A DNA stretch of 61,117 nucleotides, taken from the NCBI GenBank assembly GCA_964446595.1, contig CAYUPY010000001.1, forward strand, positions 4,450 to 65,566. The letters are read 5' to 3'. This stretch comes from an uncultured Candidatus Saccharibacteria bacterium (GTDB taxonomy: Bacteria > Patescibacteriota > Dojkabacteria > J137 > JAEUSD01). The stretch's first letter is position 1; each line of letters begins with the position of its first letter. Shown here piece by piece: positions 46,681 through 55,925 of the stretch. A program made the translations under genes and the position numbers. The notes under the pieces were generated by a model. It searched no databases and was not told the origin of the DNA. It saw nothing but the letters and a program-made list of their open reading frames with translations.

Positions 46681-47729
46681 TGATCACTCAGTTTGCTCAA
46701 GACAACCAGTTACCCAGCTACCGCATAAAACAGTTCTATCAACAGTTTTATCAGCAGGGTATTGGTTCATTTGAAGAGCTTAGTAACTGGCCCAAAGAGT
46801 TACGCACTAAGTTGGCAAATTCCGTGGAATTTATGAGCCTAGATGTAGATAAACAATTTGTATCTGCAAAACAAGACACTATTAAAGTCCTCTTTACTAG
46901 AAAATCCGACGGACAGCGGATCGAAACTGTGTTAATGCGTCATGCTGATGGACGTAATACTGTATGTGTGTCCTGCATGGTGGGTTGCCCGGTAAATTGT
47001 AACTTTTGTGCCACTGGCAAAATGGGCTTTGGGGGAAACTTATCCTCTCAAGAAATTGTAGACCAAGTACTTTACTTTCAGCGCTATTTAAATGCCTTGA
47101 AGGAGAGTGGCGAGCCCAGGGTAACTAATGTGGTGTATATGGGAATGGGCGAGCCAATGCTGAACTTAAAAGAAGTACAAGGCTCCCTAGATATATTCAC
47201 AGACCCTGACAAGCTAGGCATGGGAGCACGCAGATTTACTGTTTCCACATCTGGTTACATTCCTCAATTCAAACAATTGGTAGCAAACGGTTATCGTGGC
47301 CGTGTAGCCATTAGTCTGCATGCTCCAAACCAGGAGTTGCGCGCCAAAATGATGCCTGTGGCTAAAATCTTCCCATTAGATGCCTTAATGCAGACGCTAG
47401 ATGAATATGTAGAAATAACAAACAAGCGCATTAGCTATGAGTATATCCTAATTAAAGGTGTGAATGACCAGCCAGAGCATGCTCAGCAGTTAATCGATAT
47501 ATTTAGTAATCGCCTCCATCATTTGAACTTGATTCCTTACAATCCGATTCGCGAAGTAGAGTATGCACGTTCATCCGAGGAGAATATTCGCCAATTCACA
47601 TCTAGGTTGGCAAGTGCTGGTATTAATTATACGATCAGAGTGACGATGGGTGACGATGTTGATGCAGCTTGCGGCCAGCTTGCAGACCGCGAAAATCGCC
47701 GCCATGTAGACAAAAGAATCCGCATTTAG
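46680..47729 (+). CDS. rlmN: 23S rRNA/tRNA adenine-C2 methyltransferase, radical SAM
   Basis: CxxxCxxC as CPVNCNFCATG, GMGEPMLN, and a C-terminal conserved Cys (DAACGQL). The start overlaps the typA stop (TAATG). Confidence 0.93.
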   Translation: MITQFAQDNQLPSYRIKQFYQQFYQQGIGSFEELSNWPKELRTKLANSVEFMSLDVDKQFVSAKQDTIKVLFTRKSDGQRIETVLMRHADGRNTVCVSCMVGCPVNCNFCATGKMGFGGNLSSQEIVDQVLYFQRYLNALKESGEPRVTNVVYMGMGEPMLNLKEVQGSLDIFTDPDKLGMGARRFTVSTSGYIPQFKQLVANGYRGRVAISLHAPNQELRAKMMPVAKIFPLDALMQTLDEYVEITNKRISYEYILIKGVNDQPEHAQQLIDIFSNRLHHLNLIPYNPIREVEYARSSEENIRQFTSRLASAGINYTIRVTMGDDVDAACGQLADRENRRHVDKRIRI

Positions 47730-47907
47730 ATCCCTCCTTACTAAATTTGCGTTACAACGTAATGCTTTTAAGAGATATGTACTTACTTTAGATGATGGCG
47801 ATTTTACTGTCGGGGGAACGGATTACCCAGTTTCATTGGTGGCAATAGTACAGAGGCCAGGTGCGAAGGTTAGTATTGAACAACTTCTTAACCAGTGGAA
47901 AAAATGA
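47710..47907 (+). pseudogene. stop-free, protein-like frame without a usable start codon (possible gene remnant)
   Basis: Reads ..FKRYVLTLDDGDFTVGGTDYPVSLVAIVQRPGAKVSIEQLLNQWKK then stop. No ATG, GTG or TTG until the last 21 codons. Confidence 0.25.
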
Positions 47908-48005
47908 AGATAGAAGGCCTTTTAGCAACTATCCAGCAATAGCCGAACAGCTTTTTATGAATCTAACATTAAAGACCTCACCGAAAAGCAAACCATAGAT
48001 GTCCC

Positions 48006-48272
48006 TTAAGCTGATTTTTCTTGGTCCGTTTGGCTACTACTAAAGCCAATTGAGTATTTACCTTTTACGAAGCCTGCAAGAAAGAGTCTAACTACTTCTT
48101 GCATCGAGCCAAAACCAAATTCATGGGCCTTTTCTTCTGCTTGTTCCTTTAATCCTTCAGGAAGAGGCACTTGCACTCGGACCATCTTGCGTTTTGGTTT
48201 TGATTTCGAATTGTGGTTATTATTGTCACTTTGCATCATTTGGATTTTACAGAGGTAGTTGTGCCGTGTCAA
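48006..48272 (-). CDS. ribbon-helix-helix (CopG/Arc-like) small DNA-binding protein
   Basis: KMVRVQVPLPEGLKEQAEEKAHEFGFGSMQEVVRLFLAGF fits a strand-helix-helix pattern. The start could be an internal Met. Confidence 0.5.
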   Translation of the reverse strand: MTRHNYLCKIQMMQSDNNNHNSKSKPKRKMVRVQVPLPEGLKEQAEEKAHEFGFGSMQEVVRLFLAGFVKGKYSIGFSSSQTDQEKSA

Positions 48273-48365
48273 ATGATATCATCTTTTACACCTTTGCTAC
48301 AACCACTTGACACAACTTGTGTATAATTGTACACTTAAGCATATCTTACTTATAAATATTTGCTT

Positions 48366-48698
48366 ATGAGAAATAACTTCTCCTTTGCCAATATTCTTGT
48401 TGGTGTGATCAATTTCGTATTTTCATTAGCGATAATTGGTCTGCTAGTAAGATTTTTGCTAAGGCTGTTCGGGGCAAACCCGGAGGCAGAGTTCACAGAC
48501 TTTGTCTATGACTCAACCGCTCCTTTACTTGATCCATTTCGTAATGTTTTTAACCCTTACGTAATAGAGCCAGGTAATGTACTAGAGTTCTCAACTCTAT
48601 TGGCAATCGGAGCTTACTTACTATTAGCTTACCTAATAGTGGAATTTATTTATTACGTTGAGACGAGTACTACAACCCGTCGCAACAGGGAGGACTAA
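48366..48698 (+). CDS. YggT-family membrane protein
   Basis: FVYDSTAPLLDPFRNVF...VLEFSTLLAI matches the YggT pattern T-x-P-x-L-x-P-x-R ... D-x-S. Confidence 0.65.
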   Translation: MRNNFSFANILVGVINFVFSLAIIGLLVRFLLRLFGANPEAEFTDFVYDSTAPLLDPFRNVFNPYVIEPGNVLEFSTLLAIGAYLLLAYLIVEFIYYVETSTTTRRNRED

Positions 48699-48703
48699 AT
48701 TTA

Positions 48704-48946
48704 ATGGAACTAATTATATTCTTAATAATCGGAGGAATCGCAGGTTGGTTAGCTGGTGAGCTGGTAAAAGGTCACGGCTTCGGCTTAGTTGTAAATGTGA
48801 TTGTAGGTATTATCGGATCCGTAGTAGGTGGACTACTATTAGGACTGCTAGGACTTTCAGCTGATGGAAATATTCTAGGCCAACTTGTAACAGCTACTTT
48901 GGGAGCTGCAGTGTTACTGTTCATTGTAAATCAGTTTAAACGCTAA
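48704..48946 (+). CDS. GlsB/YeaQ/YmgE-family (transglycosylase-associated) small membrane protein
   Basis: IIGGIAGWLAGELVKGHGFGLVVNVIVGIIGSVVGG. Confidence 0.8.
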   Translation: MELIIFLIIGGIAGWLAGELVKGHGFGLVVNVIVGIIGSVVGGLLLGLLGLSADGNILGQLVTATLGAAVLLFIVNQFKR

Positions 48947-48995
48947 ATCCTAAAGCCAAAAACCTATACTGACCGGGATTATATTTATTAACTAA

Positions 48996-49277
48996 ATGAA
49001 GATGAGTAAAATTAAACAGCAGCTTCAAGACTTAAGGGATCGCATAGACGAGAACCTAAAACGAATGGAAGAAGAAAGTAATAATCAAAGTGATGGCAAG
49101 GATGCTGATAATTTCAGCGACGACTTGAAACGTTCGATTTCACAACTCACTACCGATGTCCAACAAGCTTTTAATAACATAAGGGCTAAAGTGGATCCTA
49201 ATTATTCTGACGCACATGCCAAAGCAGATAACTTAGGAGCAGAAGCTAAGAATCAGGCTAATAAACTGAGGAACTAA
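48996..49277 (+). CDS. small hydrophilic coiled-coil protein (stress-protein-like)
   Basis: Charged, helix-prone 93-aa protein. No firm motif. Confidence 0.45.
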   Translation: MKMSKIKQQLQDLRDRIDENLKRMEEESNNQSDGKDADNFSDDLKRSISQLTTDVQQAFNNIRAKVDPNYSDAHAKADNLGAEAKNQANKLRN

Positions 49278-49303
49278 TTAATAATTACCAAGATAGAGAT
49301 AAT

Positions 49304-49915
49304 ATGGCACAAGGGGATAAACCAGAAATCGAGAAGCTAGACCTTCAAGACTGGAGCCAGAAAACCTTTATCCGTAGTAAAAATGCAATGTGGGTAACGC
49401 TAATGCGTTACCTGCTTGCGTTTATTGTAGCTGAAATTGGTTTATTCTTAATATTTTTGCTGAACGCAACTCTGAGTATAAATTTCGCCACATTTACCAG
49501 CATTCTGGGTTTTATTGTAGGCGGAGTAATGGTGAGCTTAATTCCTATTTTTATTGCGCTAGTCTTCATAATAATTGCTGAGTGGACAGGTACTACTTAT
49601 ACGCTGACAACTGGTCAGTATCGAGTAGTAGGGGATTTTGTGGACCAGCGGCACGGTAAAGTTAAGATTGATGTGCAAGGAGTTTTTCATCGCGAAAATA
49701 TGTATCCAGTCAATCTGTTTATTCGTGCAGAACTACTCCAACCTTTTTGGGCGAGAGCTCTAGGTTATGGAAATGTGCGACTTGTTCCGAGGCCCAATGC
49801 ACCAGAAGTTAGGTCGGTGATTGTACCCTATATCAATGACCCGGAAAACTTCCTTAAATACACTCAGGAATTAATTGATAGTGCTATTGGCATAGATAAT
49901 CAATTAGGTACTTAA
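49304..49915 (+). CDS. membrane protein (203 aa), possibly with a bacterial PH-like domain
   Basis: Two TM segments followed by a TYTLTTGQYRVVG.. segment. Confidence 0.5.
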   Translation: MAQGDKPEIEKLDLQDWSQKTFIRSKNAMWVTLMRYLLAFIVAEIGLFLIFLLNATLSINFATFTSILGFIVGGVMVSLIPIFIALVFIIIAEWTGTTYTLTTGQYRVVGDFVDQRHGKVKIDVQGVFHRENMYPVNLFIRAELLQPFWARALGYGNVRLVPRPNAPEVRSVIVPYINDPENFLKYTQELIDSAIGIDNQLGT

Positions 49916-51511
49916 AAAGGTTATTACCGCTTTTTGCTCTTCTCGAGTAATATTATGACCAGCCCCATTATCAAAAGACTTCACTTTGGCTTTAGTTTGT
50001 TTTAATAAGTCTACTACTTGCAAAGATTCTTTCTGACTAATCATATCGTCATGCTTACCATAAGTCACAAGGAAAGTGATTTGGGCTAAGTTATGCTGAC
50101 GAGATGCTGATTCTTCCTCTAGCACGTCAGCCGGGTGAAGGAGCACTACCTTTTTCATATCATTGGCAATGGTGTCGCTGTGCAATAAAAGTGTGGCTAA
50201 AATCATGTTTGCTCCATTGGAAAAACCCAACACGGAAACTGAATCAGATTTATAAGCACTTCTATAGGTCGAAATAAACTGCTGTAACTTTTCGGCTTCC
50301 TGGCTTATGCTTTCCTGATCATATTTTCCGGGGGCGAAGCGGCGAAAGAAGCGATTTAGCCCATGTTCGCTAATGTTACCCCTCAGACTAACTAAGCGGT
50401 ATTTGTTTTTCACATCTTCATCTAGCAGTCCCAGCAAATCATATTCATCCCCACCGGTACCATGTAACAAAAATAGGATAGGTAAGACGTGATCAGTTGG
50501 CTGTGGGCCAAATTCGGCATAGCGAAACAAACTTTTAAGCTTAGCTTTAGGTTTAATATTTTCACTTTTGGTGATTGGTTCAAGTTGAGATTCGATTTGT
50601 GCTCTTTTTGCGCTTAGAAAAGGTGGTAAAGCTAATTCTGTGCCTAATTTGTCTAATTCCTCATCAGCAGTAAAGCCCGGTTCATCAGTTGCAATTTCCC
50701 ATAAGACTCCGCCTGGTTCCCTCATGTAAACTGACTTAAAGTAGAAACGATCGATCACTTCGGTGGGGTGAAGACCCAAAGAAATTGCCTTTTTTCTAAC
50801 TTCCAATTGAACTTCGTCTGAGGGAACACGAAAAGCGATATGGTGGACTGTTCCCGCGGCGTTAACGCTACGTTGGCGCGAATTTGACTTTAAAAAGATC
50901 AAATTGGCAAATTCGCTCTGTCCATTCTCAAATACACTAATATCTTTAGCTTGAATATCTTCTGATACCTCAATTTTGGAGAACCCGAGCAGCTCATGCA
51001 GCAGCCTCGCTGTAGGCTCGGCTGCTACTTCCTCTATCTCTACTCCGTAAAAATTCACAATAGCCACATTTTTCTTTATTTCTGCTGTCTCCCAAGGAAT
51101 AGCATCGGGATTTAATCTATCTGATTCAACTAACTGTAAAATTTGTCCATCCCAGTCGCTAAATCCCAAATACTGATCTCCCAAGGCGTTTTTACTATCC
51201 TCATGAATTGCAATGCTATAAGCAGATAACCTCTCACGCCAAAAAGCCAAACTACCGATAGGTACCGCTAACATAATCTTATTCACCATCCCTTCCCCGT
51301 GCATCCCTTGATGAACAGGCTTGAAAGGGAAAAAGGTTAAATCCATACCTGGAGAGCCTTGAGCATCTCCGAAAAAAAGATGGTAGGTGCGAGTGTCATC
51401 TTGATTAACTGTCTTTTTTAACAGCCTTAGTCCCAGAATATGAGAATAAAAGTCAATGGTATCCTGAGCATCAGAAGAAATAGCTGTAATGTGATGTATA
51501 CCGTAAGTCAT
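49904..51511 (-). CDS. fusion protein: N-terminal VOC-family ring-cleaving dioxygenase/glyoxalase + C-terminal phospholipase/carboxylesterase (alpha/beta hydrolase)
   Basis: The N-terminus GIHHITAISSDAQDTIDFY...TYHLFFGD has a second VOC repeat (VHHIAFRV). The C-terminus has LFLLHGTGGDE, the nucleophile elbow GFSNG, and GAGHNI. Confidence 0.8.
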   Translation of the reverse strand: MTYGIHHITAISSDAQDTIDFYSHILGLRLLKKTVNQDDTRTYHLFFGDAQGSPGMDLTFFPFKPVHQGMHGEGMVNKIMLAVPIGSLAFWRERLSAYSIAIHEDSKNALGDQYLGFSDWDGQILQLVESDRLNPDAIPWETAEIKKNVAIVNFYGVEIEEVAAEPTARLLHELLGFSKIEVSEDIQAKDISVFENGQSEFANLIFLKSNSRQRSVNAAGTVHHIAFRVPSDEVQLEVRKKAISLGLHPTEVIDRFYFKSVYMREPGGVLWEIATDEPGFTADEELDKLGTELALPPFLSAKRAQIESQLEPITKSENIKPKAKLKSLFRYAEFGPQPTDHVLPILFLLHGTGGDEYDLLGLLDEDVKNKYRLVSLRGNISEHGLNRFFRRFAPGKYDQESISQEAEKLQQFISTYRSAYKSDSVSVLGFSNGANMILATLLLHSDTIANDMKKVVLLHPADVLEEESASRQHNLAQITFLVTYGKHDDMISQKESLQVVDLLKQTKAKVKSFDNGAGHNITREEQKAVITFLST

Positions 51512-51542
51512 AAGCTATTCTAGCAGACTAGGCAAGCCATAA

Positions 51543-52382
51543 ATGCTATTATCTGTCATGAAAGACTATTATATATGCGTTACTGAGGATGAACACCTAG
51601 TTTTAACTAAAGGCAACGACGGGGGTTATGACCTGCCGCAAAGCCTTTCAGGCTTTGCGGCGGTGGTTTCCCATGCACAAGTCACCATTCCAAATCCAGA
51701 ACCTCTATTTACAGCAATCGATGATGAAAAGCCAATCGTGACAGAGTCAACCTATCACTGGGCAAAAGTCACAAGAGAATCTGTCCCTGACTCATATATA
51801 TTTGAACCACTTGTAGATACTTCACACCTCATGATTAAACATCATGAGCAAGCACGGGCGATAATTCACTACGCTGTTCGGCAGCTCACTGAATGGGAAT
51901 TTAAAGTGGATTATGACAGCTTCCCTTTCCGCCAAGCCACTCATGTAATAATCTTGAATACAGATAATGAAATACTGTTAGTACAAAAACCTACCTGGGA
52001 GCCGCACCAATGGAGTTTTGTTGGCGGCGGCCTAGATCCCGAGGACAAGTCACCGGCGGCCGCCGCTATTCGCGAGGCAGAGGAGGAGGTCGGTATTACT
52101 GATCTTTATGATATTCAGCAAAGTAAGCTGGTAGATGAATTTAGATGGCCTGCCACCACGGTAAGATACCGTTACCTTAAATACGGTATTTGGCAGCAAG
52201 GACAACAAAAACAGATATTTATAGCTAAGACGAATGTGAGACCTGATCAAGTACATTTACAAGAAGATGAACTTTCATCTTATAAATGGGTTAAACCTAT
52301 AGATTTAGCTGAGAGCTTAACATTTAAAGGCTATAGTGAGTTTTTCAACAAAGTGCTTAAGGAGTTTGCTTTAATAAACTAA
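51543..52382 (+). CDS. Nudix hydrolase with an uncharacterised N-terminal domain of about 130 aa
   Basis: Nudix box GGGLDPEDKSPAAAAIREAEEEVGI. Confidence 0.8.
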   Translation: MLLSVMKDYYICVTEDEHLVLTKGNDGGYDLPQSLSGFAAVVSHAQVTIPNPEPLFTAIDDEKPIVTESTYHWAKVTRESVPDSYIFEPLVDTSHLMIKHHEQARAIIHYAVRQLTEWEFKVDYDSFPFRQATHVIILNTDNEILLVQKPTWEPHQWSFVGGGLDPEDKSPAAAAIREAEEEVGITDLYDIQQSKLVDEFRWPATTVRYRYLKYGIWQQGQQKQIFIAKTNVRPDQVHLQEDELSSYKWVKPIDLAESLTFKGYSEFFNKVLKEFALIN

Positions 52383-52849
52383 TTGCTAAGGATAAGTTCC
52401 TGCTTTGGAGATTCAGGAAAGTTTATCTCATCGTAAAGGTATATGATACTCGGCCGCAACTTATAGAAAACGTGCCCACCCTTATTTTTTACAAAGTAAT
52501 CCAGTTTTTTCCGAGTTGCACCAAATTTCTGAGCATATTCTAGTAACGCATCACTCGAACTTTCACGCAAAAGTTCTTCGACAACCCCTTCTATTTGGAG
52601 GCCACGAGGGGCGTCTTCTTCGGTATGTGGCAAGACAATCGCTGCAGCTACGTGATTATTAGATGTAATTTCATGTGAATGTCTAGAATTAGCAGATGAA
52701 ATCCAGTATAGGTTTAGTTCATCATCCTCAGCATAGTGGACAGTTGATATCCATGGTTTTCCCCCGCTACTAGTAGCTATCTGCATTAAAAATGCTTCTT
52801 GAACATACTCTCGAATAATCGCGGCGACGTTTGCTGAGTTTTGAATCAT
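52379..52849 (-). CDS. pyridoxamine 5'-phosphate oxidase-like FMN-binding family protein
   Basis: Size and pattern (LMQIATSSGGKPWISTVHYAEDDELNLYWIS) are typical of the PNPOx-like split barrel. Confidence 0.65.
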   Translation of the reverse strand: MIQNSANVAAIIREYVQEAFLMQIATSSGGKPWISTVHYAEDDELNLYWISSANSRHSHEITSNNHVAAAIVLPHTEEDAPRGLQIEGVVEELLRESSSDALLEYAQKFGATRKKLDYFVKNKGGHVFYKLRPSIIYLYDEINFPESPKQELILSN

Positions 52850-52902
52850 ATTCTAGCCTCTAAAACCGATTATTACATAAACTTAACAATTATGGAAGCC
52901 TA

Positions 52903-54687
52903 TTAGCTTGCAGAGGCGGCTTTACCAACATTCCCTCGGGATAGTTGTTGCAAAGCTTGTAAGATAGGCGAAGTCTCACTAGTATATTCACCTGCCACTA
53001 AGTAAAGCCGTTGTAGTTTCTGAATTATTAGCTGTTTTTCTTGAACACTTATACTATTTAGTAACCATTCTGTTTTTTGACTGTCTAGTATAATGATACT
53101 TCCAATACCTGTGACAAATCTATTTTCATCTATAGAATTCTCTATAAAGTGTCTAATTTCGTTTATATATACACCTAACACCTCTTTCAGTGCTGTGATT
53201 TCATGTGCAAAGTTTTCATACAAGAAATTAAACAGATATACCTTGCTCTCATTGTCGAGCAGCGTAATCATAGAAGCTACTATTTGCATATTAATCATTT
53301 CTTGCAAAATTGTGGCTTTCAGCTCGATATTATCTAGCTTTTTTATTTGATTCAGATAATGATTTGCTAGTAATAGTAATGCCTGATCGCTACCATGCCT
53401 AATCAATTTTTCTATCATCATTTTGCGAGCTCTAGTTCTAGCATTTTGTCCGCCATTAATAGCCTGCAGCCAATTACGATTGTAAACCATATCCCAAGGT
53501 AAATCTAAGCTACCTAAATCAGGATTATGTTTGCTTAGCTCAGAATTAATAGCAATATATATAAGTCTACTAATTAATACATTTCTATCTTCAAAAGGAC
53601 TACTAACATTGTGGGCACTAGTTGTACTAAAATGTTTTTGAACAAGATAATCCATCAATACCTTTCGAGACTTATCATCTGTAATCTCCCATAATTCTTC
53701 TAGGTCATCTTGAGGATATTCTGCGGCAATTTTTAGTCGGCTGATATCATCATAAAGAAAAATTTGAGTTAGTAGATGTTCTTCTGGCTTATAATAAATG
53801 TGCTCAACGTTGTCTGATATATAGTAAAGTTTACCTCCCGGTTTTAACACCCGAGTCAAAGCTTCTGTCAGTACCTCTTGGGCTTCAGGGCTTATCTGAT
53901 CATAAAGAAAAGGTACAATTACCACATCAAATGTTTCTGGGTCCAGATCAAGATTTGAGGCAAAGTAAATTTTCGATTGTCCCTGATTACCAATTGAATA
54001 TTCTTCGCCGGTCACGATTCGAGCAAGTTTACCAGGTTGAGTGCTAAGCTGAATACTCAGTAGAGTCCCAGCTTTACTTTCAACTAACTCTCTTAGCTCG
54101 GAAATATCTTGCTGCCCGTATGAAACCTTCAATACATTGTCTCCTTGCTGAATAGTTCGATTTGCCACAACCAACTGCGCTGGTGTAAGAGGAGCAACAT
54201 TTGGATTGTAGTAAGTTAACCAGTATTTAAGGTTTTTCTTGGCGATATCGTTAGAAAAAATGATCTTGATTCTTTCCTGAAATAGTTTATGTAACCTATG
54301 AAAAGATTCAACATTTTCAAAATTTTGAGGCCTAATAGCAGTAAAGAAACTTTCTATGACTAGCCTAGTATCAACCCTCCACGCATTATCCTGACTAATA
54401 GCACGCATAAACTCTTCGTCATCTAACGTAGCTAGTAGTGAATTTATGATTGCTTGGGAGATAGAAGTAGTAGGGTAGGCATATCCACTAAACCGTCTCT
54501 CAGCCCACGCACTTTCATAGATTTCTATAAAATCATCGCATGATTCTCGTATCTGCTCCAAAAAGGGCTGTATATTATTCCCTAGCCATTCATCCGCAAA
54601 TTCATCAAAGTAAGGGGGATACACAGACATCGGTCGTTTATTCCAGTTTTCATTTGTCCCTACTACGTTTTGAATTAGTGCTTCCAT
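52903..54687 (-). CDS. hypothetical protein (594 aa) with a central class-I methyltransferase-like segment
   Basis: FDVVIVPFLYDQISPEAQEVLTEALTRVLKPGGKLYYISD resembles the post-I/II/III motifs. The Gly-rich SAM motif I is not evident. Confidence 0.55.
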   Translation of the reverse strand: MEALIQNVVGTNENWNKRPMSVYPPYFDEFADEWLGNNIQPFLEQIRESCDDFIEIYESAWAERRFSGYAYPTTSISQAIINSLLATLDDEEFMRAISQDNAWRVDTRLVIESFFTAIRPQNFENVESFHRLHKLFQERIKIIFSNDIAKKNLKYWLTYYNPNVAPLTPAQLVVANRTIQQGDNVLKVSYGQQDISELRELVESKAGTLLSIQLSTQPGKLARIVTGEEYSIGNQGQSKIYFASNLDLDPETFDVVIVPFLYDQISPEAQEVLTEALTRVLKPGGKLYYISDNVEHIYYKPEEHLLTQIFLYDDISRLKIAAEYPQDDLEELWEITDDKSRKVLMDYLVQKHFSTTSAHNVSSPFEDRNVLISRLIYIAINSELSKHNPDLGSLDLPWDMVYNRNWLQAINGGQNARTRARKMMIEKLIRHGSDQALLLLANHYLNQIKKLDNIELKATILQEMINMQIVASMITLLDNESKVYLFNFLYENFAHEITALKEVLGVYINEIRHFIENSIDENRFVTGIGSIIILDSQKTEWLLNSISVQEKQLIIQKLQRLYLVAGEYTSETSPILQALQQLSRGNVGKAASAS

Positions 54688-54742
54688 AGTTTTAAAACCT
54701 CACATTATTCTATCATTATTTGAGTATATAGTAAATATATCT

Positions 54743-55855
54743 TTACGATTTTCGCTTTATGCTTTGAACAGCGCTGAACACTAAAAGAAGTACCAACGTT
54801 ACAATGCCTACGGACAAAATAAACAGGTAAGGAACGTCAAAATAGGATATAACTCCTGATTTTATTTCCTCAACTAGAATCTGAACCTCACCGTTTGGCC
54901 TCACCCCAGCATTTTCAAAAGCTAGCTCCAATCCTTGATTGAGGCTGAGACGTAACACAGCCATCAGGAAAATTCCATTGAAGATCAAGCTAATAGCAAT
55001 AGATTTAAGCATCTTACTATACGTTAAGACGATTTGACCTCTCCATGTCGCTAATAAAAGCAAGGTTAACAAACTTAAAATCAGACCTACCAATGATAAT
55101 ACCCGCGCATAGTTGAAGTATGTTTGGAATTGATAGATAGCATCTAAGTCAATGTTTGAATTTCGGCTATCTGAGCCCTGATTTTGACTTAGCAACTCTT
55201 CAAGTTGAGCAACTGGGATGGTGGGTCCGGTGGCGCTCAGGCCGAGCTCATTTAAAAACCTATCAAAAAGGGGCTCGGCCTGAGCTTCTCCCGTAATTAT
55301 TTCGGCCGCTAGTTGCCGCGCTTTCTCCCGAAAGCGCGGATCAGCAGGGAAACAATCAGGCAAGCCCAAATTTTCTCCATCTTCAATATCTTCAATGCCC
55401 TCTACTTGTAGCAAAATATAGAATTGCTCTTCTTCACTAGCTGTACACACCCTTTTATTCACGATCTGCTGAGTAAGGGAATCTACTAGAACTTCTTGTA
55501 AGCGGTCTTCGCCTAATTGTTGTCGCAGTAAATCAATAGGGAGGTAGACAAACCAATCATCGGTCTCATTTCCTAGCCACTGCAAAAAATTCTCGAGGTT
55601 ATTATTGATAGTAGATTTTACGATTGCTTTAACGTCCAAACTATCCCTCAAAGTGTCACTAAGATCCTGAGTGGCTGTCTCCAATTGTTCCTCCAGAGAT
55701 ATTGCAATTCGCTCATACGCATTTGCTTGCTCAAGCTGTCTATAAATATTATTTGGATCAAGCAAGTACTGAGAAAGAACTAGCACCAGGAAGCTAGTAA
55801 TAAATACCATGTTCGCTAAAAATGCCAAGACGGGAATGGAAATTCTCTTTATCAT
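54743..55855 (-). CDS. membrane protein (370 aa): N-terminal TM, large extracytoplasmic domain, C-terminal TM bundle
   Basis: Hydrophobic segments at both ends. No motif recognised. Confidence 0.55.
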   Translation of the reverse strand: MIKRISIPVLAFLANMVFITSFLVLVLSQYLLDPNNIYRQLEQANAYERIAISLEEQLETATQDLSDTLRDSLDVKAIVKSTINNNLENFLQWLGNETDDWFVYLPIDLLRQQLGEDRLQEVLVDSLTQQIVNKRVCTASEEEQFYILLQVEGIEDIEDGENLGLPDCFPADPRFREKARQLAAEIITGEAQAEPLFDRFLNELGLSATGPTIPVAQLEELLSQNQGSDSRNSNIDLDAIYQFQTYFNYARVLSLVGLILSLLTLLLLATWRGQIVLTYSKMLKSIAISLIFNGIFLMAVLRLSLNQGLELAFENAGVRPNGEVQILVEEIKSGVISYFDVPYLFILSVGIVTLVLLLVFSAVQSIKRKS

Positions 55856-55925
55856 TTACATTAAATTTACTATCTGCAGATTAAGCGAAATTGCTATAAT
55901 TTACAAATTATTATTCCTTTTTTTA

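Noticed and set aside
55809-55925. Listed upstream start of ORF 55809..56390
   Set aside because: It would overlap the start of the divergent gene 54743..55855 and encodes low-complexity AT-rich codons. The ATG at 55926 gives a plausible signal anchor.
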